Source: Chrysemys picta bellii
Taxonomy: Eukaryota
Reading direction: 5' to 3'
Assembly: GCF_011386835.1 (NCBI RefSeq)
Contig: NC_088795.1
Coordinates: forward strand, 135,718,001 to 135,782,000
Length of the DNA stretch: 64,000 nt
The notes beneath the pieces were generated by a model. It made no database searches. It was given only the letters and a program-made list of their open reading frames with translations, and was not told the origin of the DNA. Positions 57,901 through 64,000 of the stretch are shown piece after piece (the first letter of the stretch is position 1; each line of letters opens with the position of its first letter). Both the position numbers and the translations under genes were made by a program.

Positions 57901-57988
57901 CCAAACATCACAGGAACAGTACGAATTCTGCTACAAGGTGGTGCAGGAATACATTGACGCCTTCTCAGACTACGCCAACTTCAAGTGA
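1091..57988 (+). CDS. PTPRA: Receptor-type tyrosine-protein phosphatase alpha, complete spliced CDS (22 coding exons, 815 aa with both micro-exons)
   Basis: Manually spliced GT-AG exons keep phase throughout and translate [14 protein letters not shown]...[48 protein letters not shown]...[15 protein letters not shown]...[10 protein letters not shown]...[10 protein letters not shown]...[14 protein letters not shown]. This matches the vertebrate RPTP-alpha sequence as I recall it. Confidence 0.98.
2664..3026 (+). CDS. PTPRA: PTPRA coding exon 2 (Ser/Thr/Pro-rich mucin-like ectodomain, 4 N-glycosylation sequons NAS, NTT, NRT, NIT)
   Basis: Acceptor ttgttgcttccag, 363 nt open (ORF track 2651..3127), donor CAG|gtatgg, phase 1 to 1. 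Confidence 0.93.
3830..3975 (+). mobile_element. CORE/MIR-like SINE fragment
   Basis: gtggctaaggcactggcctgggg...ctctgccactgacctgctg...tgtgcttcagtttcccatctgtataatg. Confidence 0.65.
4237..4257 (+). CDS. PTPRA: PTPRA 21-nt micro-exon (GEPSKGP), probably alternatively spliced
   Basis: Acceptor gtttgttttgctttctctag, donor CAG|gtaagc, frame-preserving phase 1 to 1, no stop. Confidence 0.75.
4323..4605. mobile_element. AT-rich fold-back (MITE-like) element
   Basis: Arms tttataaagggttaataaat (4364-4383) and the reverse complement of gtttatcaaccctttgtaaa (~4548-4567) match at 17/20, with degenerate outer arms. No TSD recognised. Confidence 0.55.
5882..6180. repeat. Interspersed repeat, same family as 15585-15890 (probable DNA-transposon derivative)
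   Basis: Both copies share ccaaccc...aaaaatcat...actcaa.tca..ttttcaa..tttt ctc..caacca...gctagaaat...aatgaaag.tga...aatcac...ttgtgag in the same orientation. Confidence 0.65.
6297..6320 (+). CDS. PTPRA: PTPRA 24-nt micro-exon (GDSDQERR), probably alternatively spliced
   Basis: Long U-rich acceptor ttctttttttgttgtgcag, donor GAG|gtgaga, phase 1 to 1. Resembles the mammalian 9-aa alternative stalk insert as recalled (GNSDSKDRR). Confidence 0.85.
6581..6704. mobile_element. hAT-type MITE (124 bp)
   Basis: TIR TAGGGTGACCAGAT / ATCTGGTCAGCCTA (1 mismatch), 8-bp TSD GCAGCTCC / GCAGTTCC. Confidence 0.9.
9359..9530 (-). mobile_element. CR1 3'-end fragment nested in a CORE/MIR-like SINE (host ~9260-9660)
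   Basis: The CR1 tail motif tagatttatagattttaaggtcagaa interrupts the gggcaagtcac...tttccatctgtagaatgg SINE core. Confidence 0.65.
10167..11787. mobile_element. Non-autonomous hAT DNA transposon (1621 bp) with transposase C-terminal remnants, fold-back architecture
   Basis: TIR TAGGGCTGTC...GACAGCCCTA, perfect 8-bp TSD GTACCTAT (10159-10166, 11788-11795). Minus-strand remnants [18 protein letters not shown] and [12 protein letters not shown]-like resemble the hAT dimerisation domain. Confidence 0.93.
12106..12397. mobile_element. hAT-type MITE (292 bp, GC-rich)
   Basis: Perfect 16-bp TIR CAGTGGTCCCCAAACT, perfect TSD CCTTAGAA. Confidence 0.93.
13336..13470 (+). mobile_element. CORE/MIR-like SINE fragment
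   Basis: gtggtcaaggcactgg...ctctgccact...gtgtgatcttgggcaagtcactt...cccatctgtagaaagg. Confidence 0.65.
14770..14920 (-). mobile_element. CORE/MIR-like SINE fragment
   Basis: ccccattttacagatagggaactgagg...aagtgacatgcccaaggtc...gcagagcagagaattgaaccc. Confidence 0.65.
15585..15890. repeat. Interspersed repeat, same family as 5882-6180
   Basis: See partner copy. Boundaries are approximate. Confidence 0.65.
16170..16330 (-). mobile_element. CORE/MIR-like SINE fragment
   Basis: ccccattttacagatggggaaactgagac...aagtgacttgcctaaggtca...atagaacccaggtctc. Confidence 0.65.
16775..16905. mobile_element. hAT (Charlie-like) MITE (131 bp)
   Basis: Imperfect TIR CAGTAGTTTTCAA / TTGAAAAACACCG, TSD CCCTAGAG on both sides. 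Confidence 0.85.
17732..17793. repeat. Compound microsatellite (GT)n(GA)n
   Basis: Directly visible. Confidence 0.97.
18212..18945. mobile_element. Non-autonomous hAT element (734 bp, GC-rich)
   Basis: Termini CAGGGG...CCCCTG, TSD ACGTAGAA / ATGTAGAA (one CpG-type change). Confidence 0.88.
19296..19380 (+). CDS. PTPRA: PTPRA exon 5 (transmembrane helix [28 protein letters not shown])
   Basis: Acceptor ttttttgtttcag, donor AAG|gtaaga, 85 nt, phase 1 to 2. Confidence 0.97.
19965..21076 (+). mobile_element. 5'-truncated CR1 LINE (RT C-terminal part and 3' end), degraded
   Basis: Translates [31 protein letters not shown] and [30 protein letters not shown], and ends in a CR1-type 3' tail (ttctgtgatgtgttctat). 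Confidence 0.92.
22219..22415 (-). mobile_element. Tortoise-type tRNA-derived Pol III SINE with CR1-like 3' tail
   Basis: The reverse complement begins GGGGGAGGATAGCTCAGTGGTTTGAGCATTGG...GAGTTCAATCC (A and B boxes) and ends in a CR1-like 3' segment with a TA-rich tail. Confidence 0.88.
22759..22832 (+). CDS. PTPRA: PTPRA exon 6 (juxtamembrane [25 protein letters not shown])
   Basis: Acceptor ctctccttcattag, donor CAG|gtgaat, 74 nt, phase 2 to 1. Confidence 0.97.
23050..23447 (+). mobile_element. CR1 3'-end fragment
   Basis: aagttgaagctagacacattcagactagaaat...ggtcagactagatgatcacaatggtc...ataatctat. Confidence 0.8.
25132..25310. mobile_element. Tc1/mariner (Tigger-like) MITE (179 bp)
   Basis: TIR CAGACGCTCCC / GGGAGCATCTG flanked by TA on both sides, internal repeated ACTTACG motifs. 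Confidence 0.85.
25868..26150. mobile_element. Palindromic MITE-like element (GGCCTTGTCT...AGACAAGGCC termini, possibly PIF/Harbinger)
   Basis: Perfect 10-bp terminal inverted repeat. Related GTCTACAC/GTGTAGAC-ended short elements occur near 33170-33262, 52815-53005 and 59095-59178. Confidence 0.6.
26312..27194. mobile_element. Non-autonomous hAT element (883 bp) with internal C-rich tandem repeats
   Basis: TIR CAAGGGTGGGCAAACT / AGTTTGCCCACCTCTG, perfect TSD CTGTAGAA. Confidence 0.92.
27366..27502 (+). CDS. PTPRA: PTPRA exon 7 ([46 protein letters not shown], wedge region)
   Basis: Acceptor tgatattgcag, donor AAC|gtgagt, 137 nt, phase 1 to 0. Confidence 0.97.
28484..28680 (+). mobile_element. 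CORE/MIR-like SINE fragment
   Basis: gacagtgggactgggagt...gagtgactttggacaagtccc...tctctgtgtttctg...acctcacag. Confidence 0.55.
28690..28827 (+). mobile_element. CR1 3'-end fragment
   Basis: Ends ggactagatggaccattgg...ggccattcttatgttctta, the same subfamily end as the element at 62681. Confidence 0.85.
29065..30248 (+). mobile_element. Solo LTR (1184 bp) of an LTR retroelement (Gypsy or ERV type not resolved)
   Basis: TGTGACG...CGTCACA inverted termini, perfect 5-bp TSD AGTGT, TATA-like TATATAAA at 29560, AATAAA at 29844. Confidence 0.9.
32674..32764 (+). CDS. PTPRA: PTPRA exon 8 (D1 start, ALPACPIQ...KNRYVNILP)
   Basis: Acceptor cctgccctttcag, donor CCT|gtatgt, 91 nt. Confidence 0.97.
33699..33775 (+). 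CDS. PTPRA: PTPRA exon 9 ([26 protein letters not shown])
   Basis: Acceptor tttttctccag, donor AAT|gtaagt, 77 nt. Confidence 0.97.
33935..33977. repeat. (CT)n microsatellite
   Basis: Directly visible. Confidence 0.97.
34235..34491 (+). mobile_element. CR1 3'-end fragment
   Basis: ccattggaacaaactccccagggaagtggtggattctccatc...agactagatgatc...aaaatctat. Confidence 0.8.
34900..35060 (+). mobile_element. CORE/MIR-like SINE fragment
   Basis: aacactggcctgggactcagga...gtgtggccttggacaagtcgcttaatctgtgcctcagtttcccatc. Confidence 0.65.
36484..36520 (+). CDS. PTPRA: PTPRA exon 10 ([12 protein letters not shown])
   Basis: Acceptor ttgtctctctgcag, donor AAG|gtaaaa, 37 nt. Confidence 0.96.
37600..37719. 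mobile_element. Short MITE (AGAGCCCTG...GGGGCTCTA termini, ATCCGC repeats)
   Basis: Inverted termini, partial 8-bp flank match CTTCTGAG / CTAATGAG. Confidence 0.55.
38217..38314 (+). CDS. PTPRA: PTPRA exon 11 ([33 protein letters not shown])
   Basis: Acceptor ctttgtctttttag, donor GAG|gtgaat, 98 nt. Confidence 0.97.
39093..39184 (-). mobile_element. Short CR1 3'-end fragment abutting the exon 12 acceptor region
   Basis: ttcatagattccaagaccagaagggaccact...tctagtctgacctc...gccagagaacttccc. Confidence 0.8.
39214..39333 (+). CDS. PTPRA: PTPRA exon 12 ([11 protein letters not shown]...RKFCIQQ)
   Basis: Acceptor atttctctccag, donor CAG|gtacca, 120 nt. Confidence 0.97.
41019..41185 (+). CDS. PTPRA: PTPRA exon 13 (D1 WPD loop, to VVHC)
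   Basis: Acceptor tctccccacag, donor CAG|gtgagt, 167 nt, encodes [12 protein letters not shown]. Confidence 0.97.
42761..42896 (+). CDS. PTPRA: PTPRA exon 14 (D1 P-loop SAGVGRTG to MVQTD)
   Basis: Acceptor ggtgttccag, donor GAT|gtaagt, 136 nt. Confidence 0.97.
44311..44460 (+). CDS. PTPRA: PTPRA exon 15 ([20 protein letters not shown]...GLEEEFK, D1 end and linker)
   Basis: Acceptor ctcttccctttcag, donor AAG|gtgggt, 150 nt. Confidence 0.97.
45590..45683 (+). CDS. PTPRA: PTPRA exon 16 (D2 start, KLTSIKIQ...KNRVLQIIP)
   Basis: Acceptor tcccccatgcag, donor CAT|gtgagt, 94 nt. Confidence 0.97.
46535..49858 (-). mobile_element. CR1 LINE, 3.3 kb, with ORF1 esterase C-terminus, ORF2 endonuclease and RT remnants (frameshifted)
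   Basis: ORF-track fragments [11 protein letters not shown]...[11 protein letters not shown] (ORF1), [34 protein letters not shown] (APE), [49 protein letters not shown] (RT). The 3' tail reads gaatcatagaa on the + strand. Confidence 0.96.
50790..51010 (-). mobile_element. CORE/MIR-like SINE fragment with internal 27-bp tandem duplication
   Basis: gtagatgggaactgaggtacagaga...aagtgacttgcccagggtcacac. Confidence 0.65.
51139..51215 (+). CDS. PTPRA: PTPRA exon 17 ([26 protein letters not shown])
   Basis: Acceptor ttctattttag, donor GAT|gtaagt, 77 nt. Confidence 0.97.
54963..55097 (+). CDS. PTPRA: PTPRA exon 18 ([14 protein letters not shown]...ELEERGQ)
   Basis: Acceptor gaaattgcag, donor CAG|gtaagt, 135 nt. 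Confidence 0.97.
55636..55761 (+). CDS. PTPRA: PTPRA exon 19 ([11 protein letters not shown]...LLVTNTR)
   Basis: Acceptor tgctttctcag, donor AGG|gtagga, 126 nt. Confidence 0.97.
56407..56558 (+). CDS. PTPRA: PTPRA exon 20 (D2 WPE loop, to TVHC)
   Basis: AAG-type acceptor tttttctcctgcaag, donor CAG|gtacag, 152 nt. Confidence 0.96.
57197..57332 (+). CDS. PTPRA: PTPRA exon 21 (D2 P-loop SAGAGRTG to MVQTL)
   Basis: Acceptor tctctttgccag, donor CTG|gtaggc, 136 nt. Confidence 0.97.
57797..57858 (-). mobile_element. Short CR1 3'-end fragment
   Basis: agactggaaggaccactatgattatctagcctgacccc...acacaggccata. Confidence 0.6.
57914..57988 (+). CDS. PTPRA: PTPRA last coding exon ([24 protein letters not shown])
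   Basis: Acceptor aacatcacag, 75 nt ending in TGA. Confidence 0.97.
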
Positions 57989-58500
57989 AAAAACAAAAAG
58001 AAACAAATGACAGAAGAGTTGCCTTCTTTAATATTTTGTAATATTCTGTTTGTTAATATACCCCCCAAAATATGTGTATATATCTTAACTGTTTTAGAGA
58101 TTGGTACCATAGGCTTCATATTAGCTGGAGATTTTATATGTAGCAAAAGTGTTAGCGCGGATACTGTTGGCTCCTTTTTTTCCAATGTTTTATTGGGGAA
58201 TTAAATAGCGTGATGTTTGGATTAATATTGTCAATCCATCTCTCTGCTGGAGAGTTGATATAGGCTGTTGTTTTGTTTGTAAATCTTTTTCTTTTTCCCT
58301 GAGGGAGTAAAGCCTTTTTAAAAATAATAGTATTCCGGATCTCATCTAAAAGCACAAGCTTTTCCGAACCTGTGGGGAAATGGTTTCACATTTTCCTGCT
58401 GTTCTGCTCTTGAAAGAAAGAAAGAGAAAGAAAAAAGCTTATTCTGTATATATCCTAGTTTTTGTATAAAAAGAGAAAAAGCAAAAGTTTCTTTCTCCGG
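57989..58500 (+). other. PTPRA proximal 3' UTR (AU-rich, no recognisable TE), candidate variant poly(A) signal ATTAAA at 58200-58205
   Basis: Follows the stop codon, is U/A-rich, and has a GU-rich tract (gtgatgtttgg) downstream of ATTAAA. The true 3' end cannot be determined from sequence alone. Confidence 0.55.
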
Positions 58501-58866
58501 GACTAAATAACTCTGCGTCACCAACTGAAAATGGTAATGGACTTGTAAGTGGCAGCAACAGTTGGGATTTCAACCAGGAAAAAAAAAGGATTTTTGCTCC
58601 CTAAAGGAAACTTCCCTGTATGTGTGCCAGATTTCAGATTGGTTTTATCTGCCTCTCAGTCACAGCCTTGTCTGGCAGTTATTGGCAGGCAGCACGGTAG
58701 GTCGTTTAGATGTCTAGCTGAACTGCAGGTGCAGTCACATACGTGGATGGCCTTACCTGCTCCTGCAATTAACAAAGGCCATTGAAATCCTCTGGCTCTC
58801 TGTCTGTCCATCTGTGTTCATCAGTGAACAGTAGCAGCTTTGTTGTTGTTAGTATTAAGATTCATT

Positions 58867-58871
<5 letters not shown>

Positions 58872-58903
<32 letters not shown>
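58872..58903. repeat. (CT)n microsatellite downstream of the stop codon
   Basis: Directly visible. Confidence 0.97.
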
Positions 58904-58905
<2 letters not shown>

Positions 58906-59816
58906 CAAAGCCAAATGTTTCACTCTAGCCTTGTGTACTCTGGGAGTTTCAGCCATTGGTGTCCAGCAAGTGGTGTAGCTTCACCAGCACAAATGCTTAA
59001 TGTAGACAGGCAAAGCCTCTAAAAGTCACTGTTTGTACCTCTGCCTGAAACTGGGGTTAAGCTACACTTGTGCAAATCATGGCTTCTTGCAGCTTTGCCT
59101 GTCTACGTGGGGAGTGTGCACTGGCACAGCTCCACCAATGGCTGCAGCTGGGGCAAATCCCCAGTGTAGACAAGGGCTTGGACTGTGTTCTGCCATGAGA
59201 GCCGTGTTTACTTCATGCTTGTCTTACAATTGCCAAGAGTGTTTGTTGGCCCATGTCAGTTATGGGTTGCCCGATCCTGTTTCCTTTATGCCTGGAGGCA
59301 GGAGTGCCATGTGCCTGCTGGCTGTCAACATATCAGAGCCTCCATGGCCAAGAAATGTGTTTAATTTTACTCCTTTCCATTTCTGTGGTCAGAAGGACTG
59401 AGGGAAAGAGAGTGAGGAGGGGCCTTCCTTTCAGTAGATCTCTTCTAGGTGCTGGTGCCATGGTTTGGAGAGAGGATGTGGGACCATAACAATCCAAACT
59501 TCAGCCAGCCATTGATTGTCCCTCAGACATCAAGTGTGATCAGCTCCCCGATGCATCTTTTCCTTCCCTCCACACCCTATGAATGATCCTTTAGCAGCTC
59601 CTGAGCTAGACTTTCCTCTCCTACCATAACTACAATGAAAGCCAAGGATTTACACACAAGTCATACTGGTGGGAATAAGGTCAGAATCAGGCCTGGTGGG
59701 GGGTTCTGCCAAGGATACTATCGGTCCACAGGCCCAATTCTGTATTTCCTTAGCACTGAAGTGAAAATTAAAATAGAGGAGTTGATCCTTGCAGCATTCC
59801 GGGAGGCAGCACTACT

Positions 59817-59862
59817 AATAAAAGTCACCAGGAGAAGGTCTCTAGTATCATCCCTAAATAAA
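59817..59862 (+). terminator. Candidate distal poly(A) signals (AATAAA at 59817 and 59857)
   Basis: First canonical AATAAA hexamers I found downstream of the stop codon. A further overlapping pair lies at 60566-60576. Confidence 0.3.
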
Positions 59863-60578
59863 GATCCTGTTTGCCTGAGTTAATTGTGGAAGACCAGATG
59901 TCTTCTCAGCCCTCCTGTGGGGGAGTTCACACACTCACTCTGTGTAAATCCTCTCCATCCCAGGTTAGTTGTGCAAGGGAAAAATATCAGAAATTCAGGT
60001 TCTTCTAGAGGAGGGTTCTTTTGTTTGGGGGAGGGGTTGTATTTTTAATTTCTACACTGAATGTGATACTGTTGAAAGTGCCAACAGGCTTGGGGATCCA
60101 TCCCCCCTCCCCCCCCCCCCCCCCACACACAATACCCCACCAGTTTGCCTCAGTCCTTGCCTGAAGGGATCATTTCTGAGAGTAAGAGGAGATTTCAGTC
60201 TCCAGGCCTTGTTCACATTGGTCTCTCTACAGAGACAGCCTGCAAAGGCCTCAATTTTGCACTCTGATCCACGCAGTTGAACCCTTATGCCCATGCAGAG
60301 TCCTGTGGATGTCGTAGGGCTCTGCGTGGCCCTGACCCAGGACAGCATGTAAGCCGGCACACACTGTCCCAAATGGGGATGCTTTCCTGAGTCAGGGCCC
60401 GTACGTACACAGGCCTGCCTGCAGGATCAGGGGCTAAAAGCTCCAGTTGGTGCCAAGAATGGTGACATGGATACCTGTCCTCTAGGAGCTAGTCTGAAAC
60501 CAAGAAGACTTCTTGGGTTTTGATGGAAAGGAGGCACCAAGAATGTATCACACTTCACAGATAGTAATAAAATAAATA

Positions 60579-60728
60579 GATCCATAATGTTTAAGGCCAG
60601 AAGGGAACAGGCCATAGAATTTCACCCAGTGATTTTGGCATCAAGCGCACAGTAACTTGTAGCTAAGCTAGAGCAGATCTTAAAGAAAGACATCCAATCT
60701 CGAGCTAGACTTCAAGTGATAGACCCCA
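60579..60728 (-). mobile_element. CR1 3'-end fragment
   Basis: tttaaggccagaaggga...ggccatagaatttcacccagt...aaagacatccaatct. Confidence 0.7.
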
Positions 60729-62680
60729 CATCCCAGCCAGAGCAGAGATGATGGCTAAAGCAAGGAGCCTATTCTCCTTAATGGCAACACTCACTTTTAA
60801 CTGAAAACCATGGAAAGTATTTCCCCTTTAAGGCTTGTTCTGCCCAGGCCGAGCCCTCCCACAGCCACATGACATTATTTGCAGTTTTATGTAGCCTCAA
60901 TCCTATACATTTACATGTCTGAGTAATTTTATTCAAATGAGTAAAGTTACTCCTACACTTAAATATTTGCAGGACCATGTGATGGTCTCCGAAAAGTTTT
61001 CAATTAACCTTCCTTTGAATATGAAATTTTATCCTGGATTTTGTGGCTTTTATTGTAGAAAAATCTTAAAACTTTTAAGACATCTTAAAATTTTTCTGCC
61101 CTTTTTAAAAGGAAGGGTGCAGGTAGCTTTTCTTTCCTCTTTCTAAATATGGTGTTGGTTTGGCTTAATCGTTCGTTCTTTCTAGAAGAGAGTTCTGACG
61201 TGTATCGGTCTTTAAATACTAGATAGACCTTTTCTCTGTGTGTCTGAAGACGACTTTTTTTAATGAATCCTGTTTTTGAGCTCAAAGATTGTAGTTGATG
61301 AGAGAAGAAGGCAGTTGAACTGTTCTTAAAGGAAGAGGCAGGGTAATGTCTGACCTATTCTAATTTACAATGGAAGTTGAATTACAACTGGATTTCAGGG
61401 GTCTAAAATACAGGAAGTAGAGTGAACAATCAGAGCCCACGCTCTGTAGTCCGATTGAATAGGGCTGAGACAAAGCCATTTGAATGCATGACTAAACGGA
61501 AGACTTTCCCAGCTACTGAATTAACCAAGAGAATGCATCTTCCCTATGCATTCAAGTGCCAAGCCAATCCTCTGGGTCCTCAACTACAGCCGGGAAAGAA
61601 TCAATGCGACAGCAGCCTTGCTTGAGAGACACTAGCACCATTCACACTTGTTATTTCGAAGGTACTTTTGCTATTCACAGTTTTATTTTAAGGCTTCACA
61701 ATGAGATCTTTACTAACAAATACCAGTGATAGATTCTTAACGGGCTATGGTGTGGACTCCCTTGGGATTTGAATACCCATGTACCTGCTGGGGGGGCCAG
61801 TCTAGCTAATCCGGTTATGTTCCTGTAGCGAGCTCCTTGTATCGTGCCTGCCTCTAGTCTAGTCTATGTAGATCCTTATACTGCCCTCTTCACCGTAGTA
61901 TCAGAGCACATGCCAGTCGCTCATTAAGCAATGTGACTAACATCTGCCACATGAGCTTTGTTCCTTTCTCTGTCCTCTCCAGAATCTAGCAATGCCAGTT
62001 CAGCGCATGGTTTTATTTCAGCTGGGATATTGCCTGTAAAAAAGGAGCTTGGTTCCCCCCAATAAGGAGCCTGCTTTCCACCACCTCCCATCAATGGGCA
62101 AGTCACCTTGGAGTTGTAGACAAAGAAATGGAGCCTCATTCAGCAAGGCTGACGTTTGGGTTTTACTTTGTACTGGACCCAGGTGCCCTCTGCTTCAAGA
62201 GCTGAGGAAGTCCTGTCCTGGAATGTAAGCACATATTGTCTCCTTTACCTTGGTGAGTAGAGGGGCCAGTAGGATCCCTGTCTAGGGGCCAGGCATGGTG
62301 CCTCTACACCATCAAACTGCTCTCTGCCTGCACCCTGAGGAAGCCCTCCCAATAGCTTGGTGACCTTCACTAAGGGAGGAGAGAGCCCACCACCGGCAGT
62401 GAGTGCTGGCTCAGCACTGCATGTTACAGCACATTCCTACATGCTGTGGAACCCCACCACCGTCAGCACCTAAGAGGAACAGTTCCTGTCAGCATGGCTT
62501 TGTTGGAGCTGTACTACACGGGGCCCCAGAGCCAGGAAGAGGCACTAGTCTTCCAGCAGGTCCCCCAAGATCTGTAAGGCTCAGGGGCTGAATCCCTTGC
62601 TTCTCTCATCAAGGGAGATCTTTCCTCTGATGGAAGAACAGGAAGGAAACTCCACAAGAGGATTGAGAACTTTACATTTT

Positions 62681-64000
62681 AGAAAATAATGGCCATACTG
62701 GGTCAGACCAAAGGTCCATCTAGCCCAGTATCCTGTCTTCTGACAGTGGCCAATGCCAGGTACCCCACAGAGAATGAATAGAACAGGCAATCATGAAGTG
62801 ATCCATCCCCTGTCGCCCATTCCCAGCTTCTGGCAAACAGGCTAGGGACACCATCACTGCCCATCCTGGCAGCCATTGATGGACCTATCCTCCATGAATA
62901 TATCTAGTTCTTTTTTGAACCCTGTTATAGTCTTGGCCTTCACAACATCCTCTAGCAAGGAGTTCCACAGGTTGACTGTGTGTTGTGTGAAAAAATACTT
63001 CCTTTTGTTTGTTTTAAATCTGCTGCCTAGTAATTTCATTGGGTGACCCCCAGTTCTTGTGTTATGAGAAGGAGTAAACAACAGTTCCTTATTTACTTTC
63101 TCCACACCAGTCATGATTTTATAAACCTCTATCATATCTCCCCTTAGTTGTCTCTTTTCCAAGCTGAAAAGTCCCGGTCTTATTAATCTCTCCTCATACG
63201 GCAGCTGTTCCATACCCCTAATCATTTTTGTTGTCCTTTTCTGAACCTTTTCTAAGTCCAATATATCTTTTTTGAGATGGGGCGACCACATCTGCACGCA
63301 GTATTCAAGATGTGGGCGTACCATGGGTTTTTATAGAGGCAATATGATATTTTCTGTCTCATTATCTATCCCTTAATGATTTCCAACATTCTGTTTGAGT
63401 GAATGTTTTCAGAGAACTATCCACAATGACTCCAAGATCTTCCTTGAGTGGTGACAGCTAATGTAGACCCCCCTCATTTTATATTCATAGTTGGGATTAT
63501 GTTTTCCAATGTGCGTTACTTTGCATTTATCAACATTGAATTTCATCTGCCATTTTGTTGCCCAGTCACCCAGTTTTGAGAAATTCTTTTGTAGCTCTTA
63601 GCAGTCTGCTTGGGACTTAACTATCTTGAGTAGTTTTGTATCCTCTGCAAATTTTGCCATGTCACTGTTTATCCCTTTTTCCAGATCATTTATGAATATG
63701 TCAAATAGGACTGGGCCCAGTACAGACCTCTGGGGGACACCACTATTTACCTCTCTCCATTCTGCAAACTGACCATTTATTCCTACCATTTGTTTCCTAT
63801 CTTTTAACCAGTTACCAATCCATGAAAGGACCTTCCCTCTTATCCCATGACTGCTTACTTTGCTTAAGAGCCTTTGGTGAGGGACCTTGTCAAAGGCTTT
63901 CTGAAAATCTAAGTACATTATATCCACTGTATCCCCCTTGTCCACATGCTTGTTGACCCCCTCAGAGAATTCTAGTAGATTGGTGAGGCATGATTTCCCT
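62681..64000 (-). mobile_element. CR1 LINE 3' part (RT), runs off window end
   Basis: ORFs 63598..63945 (YLDFQKAFDKVPH...GPVLFDIFINDL) and 62854..63324 ([13 protein letters not shown]...YEERL), plus a CR1 3' UTR. Confidence 0.95.

Noticed and set aside
57914-57919. Alternative acceptor 6 nt into the last exon (GAACAG), which would delete EQ
   Set aside because: The EQY motif is required by homology, and there is no support for use of the distal AG.
58000-62680. Search for the neighbouring GnRH2 gene ([10 protein letters not shown]) recalled from mammalian synteny
   Set aside because: I found no matching coding sequence on either strand. It may lie beyond the window.
1-64000. CRISPR arrays, rRNA, operons or other prokaryotic systems
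   Set aside because: The sequence is an intron-rich vertebrate locus with no regularly spaced repeat-spacer array or bacterial gene.

Overview
Vertebrate genomic DNA, most likely a turtle (tortoise-type tRNA-derived Pol III SINE, turtle-type CR1 LINEs and hAT MITEs). The window holds the complete coding region of the receptor protein tyrosine phosphatase alpha gene (PTPRA) on the + strand: 22 GT-AG coding exons from ATG 1091 to TGA 57986-57988, 2448 nt or 815 aa with both stalk micro-exons included. The domain order is signal peptide, mucin-like ectodomain, TM helix, wedge, catalytic D1 and degenerate D2. Introns are filled with CR1 LINEs (one 3.3 kb copy keeps ORF1-esterase, endonuclease and RT remnants), hAT/Tigger MITEs with intact TSDs, a solo LTR and CORE/MIR-like SINEs. 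The most unusual observations are (1) an exact 23-nt copy of PTPRA exon 15 sequence inserted cleanly into a CR1 2.5 kb downstream, (2) a cluster of real and candidate micro-exons in the ectodomain stalk, and (3) a 1.6-kb fold-back hAT element made of two transposase 3' ends. No prokaryotic features, CRISPR arrays or true tRNA/rRNA genes were found. All annotation was done by eye. Repeat family names and boundaries without a TSD are approximate.
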